In this document: piece after piece, positions 19,092-34,860 of the stretch | Layout of the letters: each line of letters starts with the position of its first letter | How positions within the stretch are numbered: the stretch's first letter is position 1 | Source of the DNA: the human T2T-CHM13v2.0 reference genome, Homo sapiens | Direction: 5' to 3' | NCBI GenBank assembly: GCA_009914755.4 | Contig: CP086569.2 | Location: 11,584,001-11,648,000, forward strand | DNA: 64,000 nt | Translations under genes and position numbers: made by a program | Notes under the pieces: generated by a model | What the model was told of the DNA's origin: nothing | The model's input: only the letters and a program-made list of their open reading frames with translations | The model's database searches: none

Positions 19092-19854
19092 CTGAAACAG
19101 AAAACAGTCACATTTGATACATTTACAATGGCCAAAAATAAAATTATTTTAACAAATGTTGGACTATAAAGTCTTTTTTCATAAGAAGCTTTCACTAAAC
19201 AAAATCTCATTTCAACAGATTGTCCCACAGGACTTTGAACCCTATTATATTTTATATGTCATCATAGGTTGGATTATAAACAATTTCATCTTTTATAAAA
19301 TATTATTGTATTTTAATTATTAAAAGATCAATTTTACTGTGATTAAATAGCTAATGCTACCTTCCTGAACTTTCCTAATACATAGTATAATAATAGTGTC
19401 ATATTAGTGTTTTCCCATTAACTTTTTGATATGAACTCTTTGATTAACTTAATAAGTATAAATACAATACTAACATGCCAAAGAAAATAACTTAAAAACT
19501 GCATAATTCATTTTAAAAGGGAGAACTTTTCAATTTTCTCCTTGGTTCATACTTTCTACTGGAGAATATAATCTCATTAGCTATAATTATTTATGCTCTT
19601 GAGCTATTTCTATTAAACCACATTTGCCACATTTATTTGAGTGGCTGTCATATTCATGAATAGTCATCTTCTTATAGATGGGATTTATGATCCCTAGAAT
19701 GTAATATTTTAAGAAATGCTTTAAAAGATTAGATTTTACAATAATGCAAAGATAATCAGGAACATAATCCTGTAGAGAAAACGTCATAAAAAATAACTGA
19801 AATCCTTAATCACCCTAAAAAAAGAAAAAGAATTGTATAAGGTTTTTCTTATAA

Positions 19855-20068
<214 letters not shown>

Positions 20069-20205
20069 CCGGCCTTTTTTTCTTTATCTTAGGTTTGTTT
20101 ACAGACTCCACTTGGAACAGGTAAATAAAATTTTTGCTTCTTTTTCTTTCTCACCATCCTCTAATATTTGAAATAATCTTACTCGATTTGTAATTGTAAA
20201 TCTAC

Positions 20206-20348
20206 CTGTGGATCGAGTCCAAACCCAGCTCGTATTAGAATAATGTTAAGGGCAATGCTTCTTAAAATTGAAGATCATGCGTTAGGAACATGGATATGTT
20301 CACTGATGAATGGAACATTCCTAATTGTAAAACCAGCCACTAACATCC
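20206..20348 (-). pseudogene. SLC9B1: SLC9B1/NHA-family exon B-like with an in-frame TGA: encodes (G)MLVAGFTIRNVPFISEHIHVPNA*SSILRSIALNIILIRAGLGLDPQ
   Basis: Minus-strand acceptor …ttttaag|GGATGTTAGTGG and donor …GATCCACAG|gtagat. It has 143 nt, with a 2-nt entry phase that joins the single-nucleotide overhang of exon A. The TGA (plus-strand tca at 20275-20277) sits where NHA proteins have a conserved Trp (…NTWSS.LRS…). Confidence 0.8.
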
Positions 20349-20944
20349 CTTAAAAGGAAGAAAATAAACATACATGACAGTTCATTTTTCTGAGAAAGAA
20401 AACAGAAATGTTTACTTTATTTTCTAATGCACTATGTCTCTCATTATTTTGGTAAAGGGCACGTTACAAGCAAGTAGAGAAGGCAGCATGAATAAAGGAA
20501 TGGTGATAAGAAACAATACACCAAAATGGGGTTCAACAAGTAATTTAGTGTTGCTGGAACATACAGGGCAAGGAAAGGAGGGAGGAGAATTAGTTTGGTG
20601 GGCCAGATCATAGAAAGGTCTCCCCCCACTTTGGCAAAGTAAGGCACCATTGGAAGGTTTTAGGCAGGAAGTAACATAATGAGTCTTGTGATTTTTATAT
20701 GAGGGTCTTGGTGAATTAGTTATGGATAAAACTGGAGACAGAGACCAAATTGAAGGCTCTACCACAGTCCACGCAAAAGTTGGAAGCAAATAGCCTAAGC
20801 TAGAGCAAAAGAGGAAGTTTGGAGAGGAGGAAAATGATTCAATAAATACTTAGAAGGTGCTGCAAGAAAACTGTGGATACAGAAGTGACAGCAGAGATAA
20901 GATGTAGAGATTATCTGTAATGACATTGTACTGAATATATATTT

Positions 20945-21226
<282 letters not shown>

Positions 21227-21819
21227 TAGATATATTTGAATACAGTAAGGTCTCACTTAACATCGTCGATAGGTGATTGGAAATGGCAACTTAGAGTAAA
21301 TTGCTATATAACAAAACCAATTTTAGCATAGGCTAAATGGTATAAACAAGAGTCAATTTCCTACAGTATATTTCTGGTCACAAAACATCATCAAACTTCT
21401 AAATAAAGATCCAAAACACTTCTAGTATTAAACAATGAAATAAATGTGAGCTCTACATACATTTTACAAAGTTTTATAAAAACAAATAAGATAATTATTT
21501 ACTTATTTTTTGGTGAATCCACGAGTGATGGTGGTTATAGCAGTGAATGTTAAAATCAAAGGATAAATGTTTACAAAGTGAAAATTGTAAGGAGCTCCTC
21601 CTCCCACTATGCAGTTCAAAAACAAACACAAATATGGTAGGCTGGCTGAGAGTTTTCATATCACGTTGTTTATTGTCTTGCATTTGTATGGCTATCATAT
21701 ACTTAACAAAATTTTATTTTACAATAATTTATATTAATTCATTTATTCATTGTACAATCCACTAGTTCAGGGTCATTGTACAATCCACTAGAATACTAGT
21801 TCAGGGTCAAAGGTGACTG

Positions 21820-21911
21820 AAACTTAATCCAAAAAAATCAAGGAGGGACTCCCTTCCTAACACATTCTATGAATCTAGTATCACAATTATACCCAAATCA
21901 GGCAAAGCCAT

Positions 21912-21961
<50 letters not shown>

Positions 21962-22565
21962 CTGGTCAATATCCCTGATGAACATAGATGCAAAAATTCT
22001 CAACTAGCAAAATGAATTCTATAGTACATCAAAAAGATAATATAGTTAGGTGGGTTTTACTCCAGAAATACAAGGATGGTTTAACATGTGAATCATTCTT
22101 CCATAAAGACATACACACACACATGTTCATTGCGGCACTATTCACAATAAAAAGACATGGAATCAACTTAAATGACTAAATAAAGAAAATGTGGTACATA
22201 TACACCATGGAATACTATGCAGTCATAAAAAAGAATGGCATCATGTTCTTTGTAGCAACATGGATAGAGCTGAACACCATTATCCTAAGTGAAATAACTC
22301 AGAAACAGAAAACTCAAATATCACGTTTTCACTTATACGTGGGAGCTAAACAATGGGTACATATGGACATAAAGATAGAAATAATAGACACTGGGGAGTC
22401 CAAAAGGAGAGAGGGTTGGAGGGTTAAGGTTGAAAAATTACCTATTGGGTATAGTATTCACTGTTTGGTGATGGGTTCACTAGAGCCCAAATCTCACCAT
22501 TGTGCAATATATCCATGTACCAAACCTGCACATGTACTCCGTGAATCTAAAATTTTTAAAGATTC
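21820..22565 (+). mobile_element. L1 fragments (ORF2 RT start, then 3' end after an internal deletion), with a (CA)n microsatellite at 21905-21960
   Basis: …ggagggactcccttcctaacacattctatgaatctagtatcacaattatacccaaatcaggcaaagcc… (ORF2), then …gaaaatgtggtacatatacaccatggaatactatgcagtcataaaaaag…gtaccaaacctgcacatgtactcc… (L1 3' end). Confidence 0.65.
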
Positions 22566-22852
22566 TATTAAACAATAAAGCAACAGGAATAATGTACTAA
22601 GGATATTAAATTTATTTTTAAAATAAATTTTGGATAAAACTTGTGTGTGTATATATGTAGACAGAGAGAGAAATAAATGCCCCTATAAAGGAGCTGTACA
22701 CATACACACACACACAGTAAATACACATATGAAGAAACTATATAAAACATACTATATTGAAATATTTCTGAATTATAACTAATTCAACAAGAAAATGTTC
22801 AAAATTTGCATATAGTCAATAATAAAGAAAAGAGAGCTAATTATATACTTAC

Positions 22853-23023
22853 CAAGAAAAGGTGGAAGTGGAGGCACTAAAGGTATTCTAAAGAGTTGTA
22901 AAATTTTTCCCCCAATAATGGCACTATAAAAAATAATTAACAATCCAGATAAATTTCCACCAGGGAGAGCTTCAGAGCCTAAGATTGCTAAGGTCATACA
23001 CCATATCACAAACAGTGTAACTC
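22853..23023 (-). pseudogene. SLC9B1: SLC9B1/NHA-family exon A-like: encodes (x)VTLFVIWCMTLAILGSEALPGGNLSGLLIIFYSAIIGGKILQLFRIPLVPPLPPFL(G)
   Basis: Minus-strand acceptor ttttttgtatttcag|GAGTTACACTG and donor …CCTTTTCTTG|gtaagtat. The translation matches the NHA1/NHA2 TM segment …LPGGNLFG…F…AIIGGK.L……P.LPPLP.LLG. Confidence 0.8.
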
Positions 23024-23275
23024 CTGAAATACAAAAAAGTGTACAGCTATATATCTACATACACATAGATGTATACAAAAAAAGGATCAATTCTCTTTTA
23101 TCATATATACTAATAGCCAGTTCTATAAAATGATACAGGGTATAGATCAACATTGCTTACTAGTTTGGTGAAAGAGATACCTGCTTAACATATACTCCAA
23201 ATAACCTGTCAATTTATGAATTAGGTTTTAAACAAAGTGTTTTCACTTTAAAAATATTTAAAAACTATATGTGGG

Positions 23276-23614
<339 letters not shown>

Positions 23615-24293
23615 TTATAATATATGATAGTTAAAAACTTCATGGCAATATGATGAGATTTACTTCATTTTATATTTTAAAATAGCTTTTTTATCAGGAT
23701 GGAAAATAAGAGGATGATTGGTTGTGATAAGAATTCACGACCTTATTGAAGATCACAGTGTCAAGGTGCCAAATCTTTTAACAGGAACCTGCTAAATCTT
23801 TTTATTGAAAGGATAATTCAACTGATATTTGGCATAAATGTATTATAGGAGGTATTGGCTGGAAGAAATGAACCTAGATTTTGTGGGAATAAATATAAAA
23901 TATCTTAGATTATGTGTAGAAGGTAGAGGGAGATTAAGATGAGTAGATATAAGTTACTAGACATCTTGTTTCTGGCAACTAGGTGCTACTCACTGAGGAA
24001 TCCATAGGTTTCTGTAAAGGACAGAAAATAACTTGGTAAATTTCCATTTGCTAATTAAATGGCTACCTTTATTTGCTATGAATCATAATTGCTAATGTTT
24101 TTAATATTCTTAAAACAGCTTACATGAATTTTTTAGCTATGACCCTTTTCTGACTGTATAGAATTTGCCAGGGTAGAAAAGGAGGATTTTGACTCACTCC
24201 AGGCAGAAAGTTAGAACAAAGTTTCTTTCTTCCTCCCCTCTGATTATTGTCATCTTGCAAAACTGGAAGCCTTGGAGGGTTAAACTGTCACTA

Positions 24294-24655
<362 letters not shown>

Positions 24656-24849
24656 CTACTGACAAATTGAGAAGACAAGGCAGTTTGTATTAGCTGGTCT
24701 CTTTGTGGCAAAGTCTTTTTTGAGAATTCATATGTAAAACTGGCCTCATCCAACTTATGTGTAGGGCTCAAATTACATTACGTGCACAGGTTAGGGATCC
24801 CAAAGTTCTAAACCTACCATAAAAGTGTCCCTGCATAGAAGTATCCCTA

Positions 24850-26100
24850 GAACACTTAGTAGATGCTAATTCAAAAAATCTCTAATAGACACTCCTGATC
24901 CCAGACTGCATAAAGTCTCAAAGGTAAAGCAAAGTGAATCTGAACTTAAAATAAGAAGAAATATCCCATGAGCAAAAGTTAACAGATACAACAAAGAATG
25001 GGATTACATGTCTAAAAACCTCAGCTAATAGAACCACTAGATAGACACTATAAAATATGTATTTTCAAAGGGACTAGAGACAATTTTTAAAAATTGGAAA
25101 CATGAGAAGAAGAAATTACTTGAAAGTATTGTAAAATAATTAAATAGAACATCTAGAAAAAAACTTTAAAATTTACTCAACTGAAAAAAAACCCACTAAC
25201 TACCCAAATAGCAATTTAGACAAAGCTGAAGAGACAACACAGCAAAGTAGTAGATATGAGGAAATTATTTAAGAGCATAGCACACACACAAAAAAAAACG
25301 AGGTGGAAAATGAGAGATTTAGATTATGGAAAAGATCTAAAACACAACTAATGGTAGTTTTAGAAACATAATTGAAAGAATGAAGAAGATATAATATTTG
25401 AGAAGAAAACTGACTTCAAATTTTACAGAATTGATTAGGGTTTTCATTGATTTGGACACAGGAAGTCAAATGAGTTCTAATCAGGATTAAGTAAAAATAG
25501 ATACTTAGATAAAATGTTGAGAAACTATAGACTACCAAAGGCAAAAATAAAATCTTAAATAATCTAGACAGAGAAAGAGAGATTAATCATAATTGAATAA
25601 ACAATAGAACAGATTCTCAATTCTTATCAGCAACAATAGAAGATGGAAGATAGTTAAATAAAGTCTTCAAAGTAAATAAAACATTCAATGTTGAATTCTG
25701 TAGCCAGTTAACTGTCACTCGAACAAAAGACAAATGAAAGATATTGTCAAATAAACACAGTTAAGAACATATGCCATTTTTTACCAGGGAAAAATCTACT
25801 GAAAGATATGCTTTAGAAATATGACATAGAACCAAAAAAGATGGAACAATGTGCAAAGAAATTGGTAAAATGTAGGTTAGTCTAAACAAGTATTTGTTGT
25901 GTAACACATTACTAATGAAATTTGTTAATCAGAGGATATAAAGATAAGGTTGGGAGGTGACATGAAAAGGTTGGCAATTTATTTCCCCACCAAAACTTCC
26001 CCCAGAAATTGCAGAAATACCAAAAACAATCATTTCAGGACCCCGAAAACTCATCAAAGGCAGTTATCATATTTAAGAAGCATTTTTTCTTGAAAAAAGT
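24850..26100 (+). mobile_element. Probable ancient L1 (L1M ORF1/inter-ORF-like) remnant
   Basis: AT-rich, with weak protein-level resemblance to the L1 ORF1 C-terminal region. Low confidence. Confidence 0.3.
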
Positions 26101-26158
26101 GTTAAGGTTTTGGGTAGGATTGGTAAAATCTGAGCCCTTCCTGACTGGGGTTGTTCCT

Positions 26159-26513
26159 TGATATGGTTTGGCTTTGTGTCCCCATCCAAATCTCATCTTG
26201 AATTGTGCTCCCATAATTCCTATGTGTTGTGGGAGGAGCCTGGTGGGAGATAATTGAATTATGGGGGTAGCTTCCCCGCATACTGTTCTCGTGGTAGTGG
26301 ATAAGTCTCACAAGATCTGATGGCTTTATCAGGGGTTTCTGCTTTTGCATCTTCCTCATTTTCTCTTGCCGCCACCATGTAAGAAGTGCTTTTCACCTCC
26401 CGCCATGATTCTGAGGTCTCCTCAGCCACCTGGAACTATAAGTCCAATTAAACCTCTTTTTCTTCCCAGTCTTGGGTATGTCTTTATCAGCAGAATGACA
26501 ACGGACTAATACA
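26159..26513 (+). mobile_element. THE1/MST-type MaLR solo LTR
   Basis: tgatatggtttggctttgtgtccccatccaaatctcatcttgaattgtgctcccataattcc…gggagataattgaattatggggg…cagcagaatgacaacggactaatacac. Confidence 0.85.
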
Positions 26514-26789
26514 CTCCCATCTCTCTTCTCACCCCCAAGCTCAGTTGGGAAAAACTGTAGTTTTACAAGTTTGAAGCTGAATGTAAAACCCAGCAGCTTT
26601 CCTGTTAGGGCTGGGGACAGGGGTGGATTTGATATGGAGTAGAGGGAAGAAATCAATGGTTTTGCCAGTTAAATATAGCAGAGTGGTTTGGGAATGAACA
26701 GAGAGAATTGCAGATTTGCTAGTCTGAGGTTGCAGTTTCAATTGGGGAAGTGGAAGACAAGATAAAAATTTAAATGAGAGATCCTGAGG

Positions 26790-26876
26790 TTCAATAGGTA
26801 CAGCAAACCACCATGGCACATGTATACCTGTGTAACAAACCTGAATGTTCTGCACATGTATCCTGGAAATCAAAGT
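26790..26876 (+). mobile_element. L1 3'-end fragment
   Basis: …caccatggcacatgtatacctgtgtaacaaacctgaatgttctgcacatgtatcctggaaatcaaagtaaaattaaaaaa. Confidence 0.6.
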
Positions 26877-27015
26877 AAAATTAAAAAAGAAAGAAAGAAA
26901 GAAAGAGAAAGAAAGAAAGAGAGAAAGAAACAAAGAATGAAAGAGGAAGAAAGAAATAAAGAGAGAGAGAAAGAGAGAAAGAAGAAAGAAAGAAGGAAGG
27001 AAAGAAAGAAAGAAA

Positions 27016-27064
<49 letters not shown>

Positions 27065-27086
27065 AGGAAAGAAAGAAAAGAAAGAC
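26877..27086. repeat. (GAAA)n tetranucleotide microsatellite (~210 bp, interrupted)
   Basis: gaaagaaagaaagaaagagaaagaaag…(gaaa)n. Overlapping ORFs 26541-27092, 26820-27137, 26870-27118 and 26881-27096 are low-complexity translations (FLSFFLS…/KERKKER…). Confidence 0.95.
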
Positions 27087-27529
27087 CCACATGCAAGGCT
27101 AGAGTTTTCGAGTTCCAAGTTCCAATTCTCTCATTGAGAAGAGTGGCTCACTGTGCCTAAACTGTTTATACAAACAATGTGGTTTACTCTGAACAGCTGC
27201 TTTTCCTCTGGGAGTCTGGAATTCTGGTACATGTGAAGGAGAGTAACCTCCATAAAATCCTGAGTACTGAGTCTCTAATGAGACTCTGGTCCTGGTAGAT
27301 GACATTGCACATGTGCTGTCAAAATTTCATGCTGGGAAAGAGAAACACATCCTTGTAACTCCACAGGAGATGATTCCAGGAAGCTTGTGCCTGGTATCCT
27401 CCAGACTTTACCACATACAACTTTTTCCCTTTGCTAATTTTGCTTTGTATCCATTCACTATAATAAATTAAAAACCTGAGTATTACTAAAAAAAAAAAAG
27501 AGAGAGAGAGAAATCCTGGAAAGCAGAGA

Positions 27530-28642
27530 ACCATAGAAAGTTTGAGAAAAGTTCTCCACACATATGGCCGATTGGAAAAGTATGGAAGTGCAGGAAAGAC
27601 TCAAGAGAGCATGACAAAAAGTAAAAATGAAGTAAGACTTGAGTATTAATTGCAACTTTGAATGCATTCACCTACCCACCCACAGATTATTTGGCAGAGA
27701 GCGGAAGCCTTACTAGCTTTAATATAATGTCTCTCAAAAATCATGCTATGCAACAGACACAAAGGAAATCCCTAGAAAAACAGGCTAAAACAACAGTAAC
27801 AACAACAACACAATATAAAAGACATCAATGTTGAAAACCACTAGGCAGAAGGATTACACAGCACAAGTATAGGCCAATTACAAAAACAGAACAACAACAA
27901 AGACAGTAACAAATAAAAACCAAATCCAGATTTGCTATAATGTGTAATTAAAGTGTTTAGTTTTAAATTAAAAATTATCAGACATGTAAGGAAACAGGAA
28001 AATATGACTCATACTCTGGAAAAAAAGCAGTGAATAGAAACTGTCTCAATTCAGATATTGGATTTAGAAAGAAAGTTTTCAAAGTATATATTATAAATAT
28101 GTTCAAATTAAAAATATGATAATGTGTTGTCTAATAGAGAATATGAATAAGGAGACAGAATACGTTTAAAAATAGAATCTAGAATTTAAAAGTACAACAG
28201 TTAAAGTGAAAAAATCACCAGCGAGGTTCAGTAGCATATTTGACCTTGTGAAAGAAAGTATCAGTGAACTTGAAGGTAGACCAATAGAGGTTAATCAATC
28301 TGAAGAACAAAAAGAAAAAAGAATGAAGGATAATAAACAGATCCTCAGAAACTTATGGGATACGATCAGGAGCACTAACATACGCATAATGGGAATTCCA
28401 GGAGAAGAGAGAGATAAGAGGGCAGAAAAATATTTGAAAACATAATGTCTGAAAACTTCAAAAATGCTATGAAAAACATTAATCTTCAGATATAAGACAT
28501 CCAACAAATCTCAACTAGGATAAACACAAAGAGATTCACACCTAGAGCCATCCTTGTCAAATTGGTGAAAACCAAGGATAATAAGAAAATCATGAAAGTA
28601 GCAAGAGACGGCTTATCACATACAGGGGAACAATAATGTTAT
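27530..28642 (+). mobile_element. Older L1 (5' region and ORF1), 5' part; interrupted by the young L1PA insertion
   Basis: ORF 28206-28445 translates to L1 ORF1 (…NIRIMGIPGEERDKRAEKYLK…). The element continues after the insertion at 31267. Confidence 0.6.
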
Positions 28643-28658
28643 CAATACTGGCATTTTT

Positions 28659-31740
<3,082 letters not shown>

Positions 31741-31859
31741 AGTGAAGGTGATTGATTATTATAATCCCCAAAGGTACTTGGGAGGCTGAGATAGAAGTAT
31801 TGCTTGAGGCTAGGAGTTTGAGACTAGCCCGAGCAACACAATGAAGCTCTGTTGATATA

Positions 31860-31985
31860 GTTTGGATATGTGTCCCTGCCCAAATCTCGTGTTGAATTGT
31901 AATCCCCAAAGTTGGTGATAGGTCCTGCTGGGAGGTGAATGGATCATGGGGGCACATTTCTCATGAATCGTTATTGCTGGCTAAT
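31860..31985 (+). mobile_element. MaLR (THE1/MST-like) LTR 5' fragment
   Basis: tgatatagtttggatatgtgtccctgcccaaatctcgtgttgaattgtaatccccaaag…gggaggtgaatggatcatggggg. Confidence 0.6.
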
Positions 31986-32118
31986 TTGGTATTTTTAGTA
32001 GAGACAGGGTTTCTCCATGTTGATCAGGCTGGTCTTGAACTCCTGACCTCAGGTGATCCACCCGCCTCAGCCTCCCAAAGTGCTGGGATTACAGGCATGA
32101 GCCATGGTGACTGGCCTA
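31985..32118 (-). mobile_element. Alu fragment (antisense, right arm)
   Basis: …ggctaatttggtatttttagtagagacagggtttctccatgttgatcaggctggtcttgaactcctgacctcaggtgatccacccgcctcagcctcccaaagtgctgggattacaggcatgagcc. Confidence 0.8.
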
Positions 32119-32619
32119 AGCTTTACTTTCTAAAAATTATATTAAAATTGATATTTCTCTATTATCTAATCATAAATTATATCAAATATTCTGTTTTGAA
32201 TTTTATTTTTCCCTTTAAACATAAAGACACACATTCAGTTCATTGTGCTAGATAAATTACCAGTGCAATCACAAATTAAGAAATGCAATTCAAAGAATTT
32301 TGCATACAAGGAGTCCTGAAAGTGTTAATAACTTTTGATGCAAAGATAATTTTATGAAAGTAATAGAAGACTAAAAAGGTACAAAACAATTATTATGTAA
32401 GTAGCTTCCTTTTTCTGAATCACCCATGATTACTTTTTCCACCAAACAAAAACTGACAATATATGTCAGACCTGTCTCAAATCTCCCCAGCCTCTTTTCC
32501 TAAACCTCCCCAGCTTCTCAGGACAGACAGGCTGCTACTGTACTTTGTGCATTCTGCTATTTTTAGCAAGAGGCCTATTTTGTCAGTGTTGTCTGAATAA
32601 TATTTGCCAACTCTCAGAC

Positions 32620-32760
32620 TTTCAGTCACTTATTTGTTTAGTTATTTATTTATTTGTCTCCTTTTCTTGTATTTCCCTTTTCCTTTTCTTTCCTTTCTTT
32701 TTCCCTTTCCTCCTCCCTTCCTTTGCTTACTTATTTTTTTCCCTTTAATTCTCATTCACT
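32620..32760. repeat. T/C-rich low-complexity tract
   Basis: …ttatttatttatttgtctccttttcttgtatttcccttttccttttctttcctttctttttccctttcctcctccc…. Confidence 0.6.
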
Positions 32761-32809
32761 ATTTCCATGACTGTCAAATAGTAGGTTGATCCTTTAAAAT
32801 ATTCCTTTT

Positions 32810-32915
32810 TAAAAATTTATTGTACTTTAAGTTCTGGGATACATGTGCAGAACGTGCAGGTTTGTTACATAAGTATACACGTGCCATGTGGTTTGCTACA
32901 CCCATCTACAATATA
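32810..32915 (-). mobile_element. L1 3'-end fragment (antisense)
   Basis: tttattgtactttaagttctgggatacatgtgcagaacgtgcaggtttgttacataagtatacacgtgccatgtggtttgctacaccc is the reverse complement of the L1PA 3' terminus. Confidence 0.65.
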
Positions 32916-32929
32916 TCTTAAAATAAATA

Positions 32930-34860
32930 AAAGTGGAAACACACAGGAGACAGGTTGTATGGGGTGAGTGGGTTGCCAAGTGGATGGTGGCAGTGTAATC
33001 CAGGGTGGCCAGTGGGGCTAAGTGTTGTGTATTCCAAGCATGGCGGGGTTCCTGCCTTCCTGTGTGGCAGACTGTGGCATCAGGTAAGAGCCACTCAGTG
33101 CCCACCCTGGCTCCTCCATTGCCTTGCTCTCAGCCCCTGACATCCAGCCCACACCTGGAGATTGAACTGCACCCACTGCTCTGGGTCTCAGCTCTGTGAT
33201 CACCTCAGTAGATATTCCGAGCTTGGCTATGCAGGCAACACTGAGCCATAGTTTACTATTCTTTCATGCATTACTATCAGAGAGTCAGCAAAGGTAGTTG
33301 ACAAAGCCCAAGGGAGAATGTTGAGGGGAGTTGATGAGCTTGACTTTTTCATACAGGATGAAGCCATTGATAAATCTATGTATGCCACAAAGTGGTCAAT
33401 ATGACATGGAATCACTGAAGACTGGGATATTATGGAAATGTTCATGGAGCAAGTGGTTTTTAAATATCTTTGAGCAGAATCTGAGGACCATTATTTTTTA
33501 ATGACAGAACTTCCACTGAATACACTAGAAAATACAGAATATTTTTTCAGAAATTATGTTTGAATTATTTAATGTACCAGGATTCTACATTGCAGTTCAG
33601 GAGGTACTAGCCTTGGAAGTATCTTGGACATCTCAACAAGTGGGTGAATATATGTTAATGAGTATAGTCATTGACAAAGGAGATGGAGTCACCCTTATTC
33701 TCCCAGTTGTAGAAGGTTATGTAATTGGGAGCTGCATCAATCACATCCTGATTGTAGGTGATACTGTGTATTTCATTCAACAACTGCTAAGGGAGAGGGA
33801 GGTAGGAATCCCTCTTGAACGTCACTGGAGACCACAAAAGCCATTAAGGAGAAATACTGTTACATTTGCCCTGATATAGTCAAGGAATTTGCTAAGTATG
33901 ATGTGGATCCCTGGAAGTGGGTCAAACAGTACACAGGTATCAATGTGATCAACCAGGAGAAGTTCATAATAGACGTTGGTTACAAAAGATTCCTACAACC
34001 TGAAATATTTTTTTTACCCAGAGTTTGCCAACCCAGACTTTATGGAATCCATCTTGAATGTTGTTGATGAATACAAAACTGTCCTATTGATGTGCGTTGT
34101 CCACTGTATAAGAATGTTGTTCTTTCAAGGGGTTTGACCATATTCAGGGATTTGAATCTCAACTACAGAGAGATTTGAAGAGTGGTACATGCCAGATTAA
34201 AACTCAGTAAGGAGCTCAGTGGCAGGAGAATCAAACCTAAGCTTACAGAGGTTCGGGTGGTAATCCATCACATGCAGCACTATGCCTTATGGTTTGGAAG
34301 CTTAATGCTAGCCTCAACTCTGGAGTTATTTCAGGTCTGTCACACCAAGAAGGACTATAAAGAATATGGCCCCAGCATCTGCCACCAGAGCCTTCTCTTT
34401 GGAGTAATGTCTTAGTGTCTGCCTTGAAAGCATCATTTAATAGTGTCATGTTGGGGAACAAGTGTCCTTCAGAACCCAGAGAAGACTACCATTTCTAAAT
34501 GACATTTAGTGTTGATGTCTGAGCAGCATGCTTGCATCACCTAGTGCATGAGGCACAGGGCAGAGTCATTTCAGTAAAAGCCGTTTCTTTATGTGTTGAC
34601 TATTGTATGCCCACTCCTCATTCTTTCACTCCCTTTCTTCATGCTTCCGCAGTTTCCCTCCTCCTTTTCACTTGAACTTTTTTGTTGACAAATATCATTC
34701 GGAAAGAATTCAAATGTGACTCTGAAAATTGTTAAGAGGAAAAAAAATTTCAAAAATGGCCCAAAATAGTTCTCCCCCAGGAAAGAATGCAGTGGTATAA
34801 ATCATTTTCCCCCAGCCTATTTTTCTAAATAAAATGTTATAAACTTAAAATACAAAAAAC
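32930..34860 (+). pseudogene. ACTR3B: ACTR3B (actin-related protein 3B) processed pseudogene/retrocopy: intronless, CDS homolog 33040-34415 with frameshifts and stops, 3'UTR with AATAAA at ~34828
   Basis: An ATG at 33040 gives MAGFLPSCVADCG… (ARP3B MAGSLPPCVVDCG…). Later segments match ARP3B-specific residues: …[22 protein letters not shown]…[11 protein letters not shown]…, …[20 protein letters not shown]…, …[28 protein letters not shown]…ANPDFMESI…, and the C-terminus …[33 protein letters not shown]…[16 protein letters not shown]…FGVMS*. The ~1.25-kb CDS is colinear without introns. ORFs 33556-33879 and 34182-34415 are its fragments. Confidence 0.85.

Noticed and set aside
23700-23800. A candidate upstream SLC9B1-like exon (minus-strand frame giving …HLDTVIFNKVVNS…, reminiscent of NHA …GLLDRVITN…)
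   Set aside because: No combination of acceptor, donor and phase joins it to the exon at 23023 without an in-frame stop. The similarity is short and probably chance.
26541-27137. Several 70-180-aa ORFs on both strands rich in F/L/S or K/E/R
   Set aside because: They are translations of the (GAAA)n microsatellite, that is, pure low complexity.
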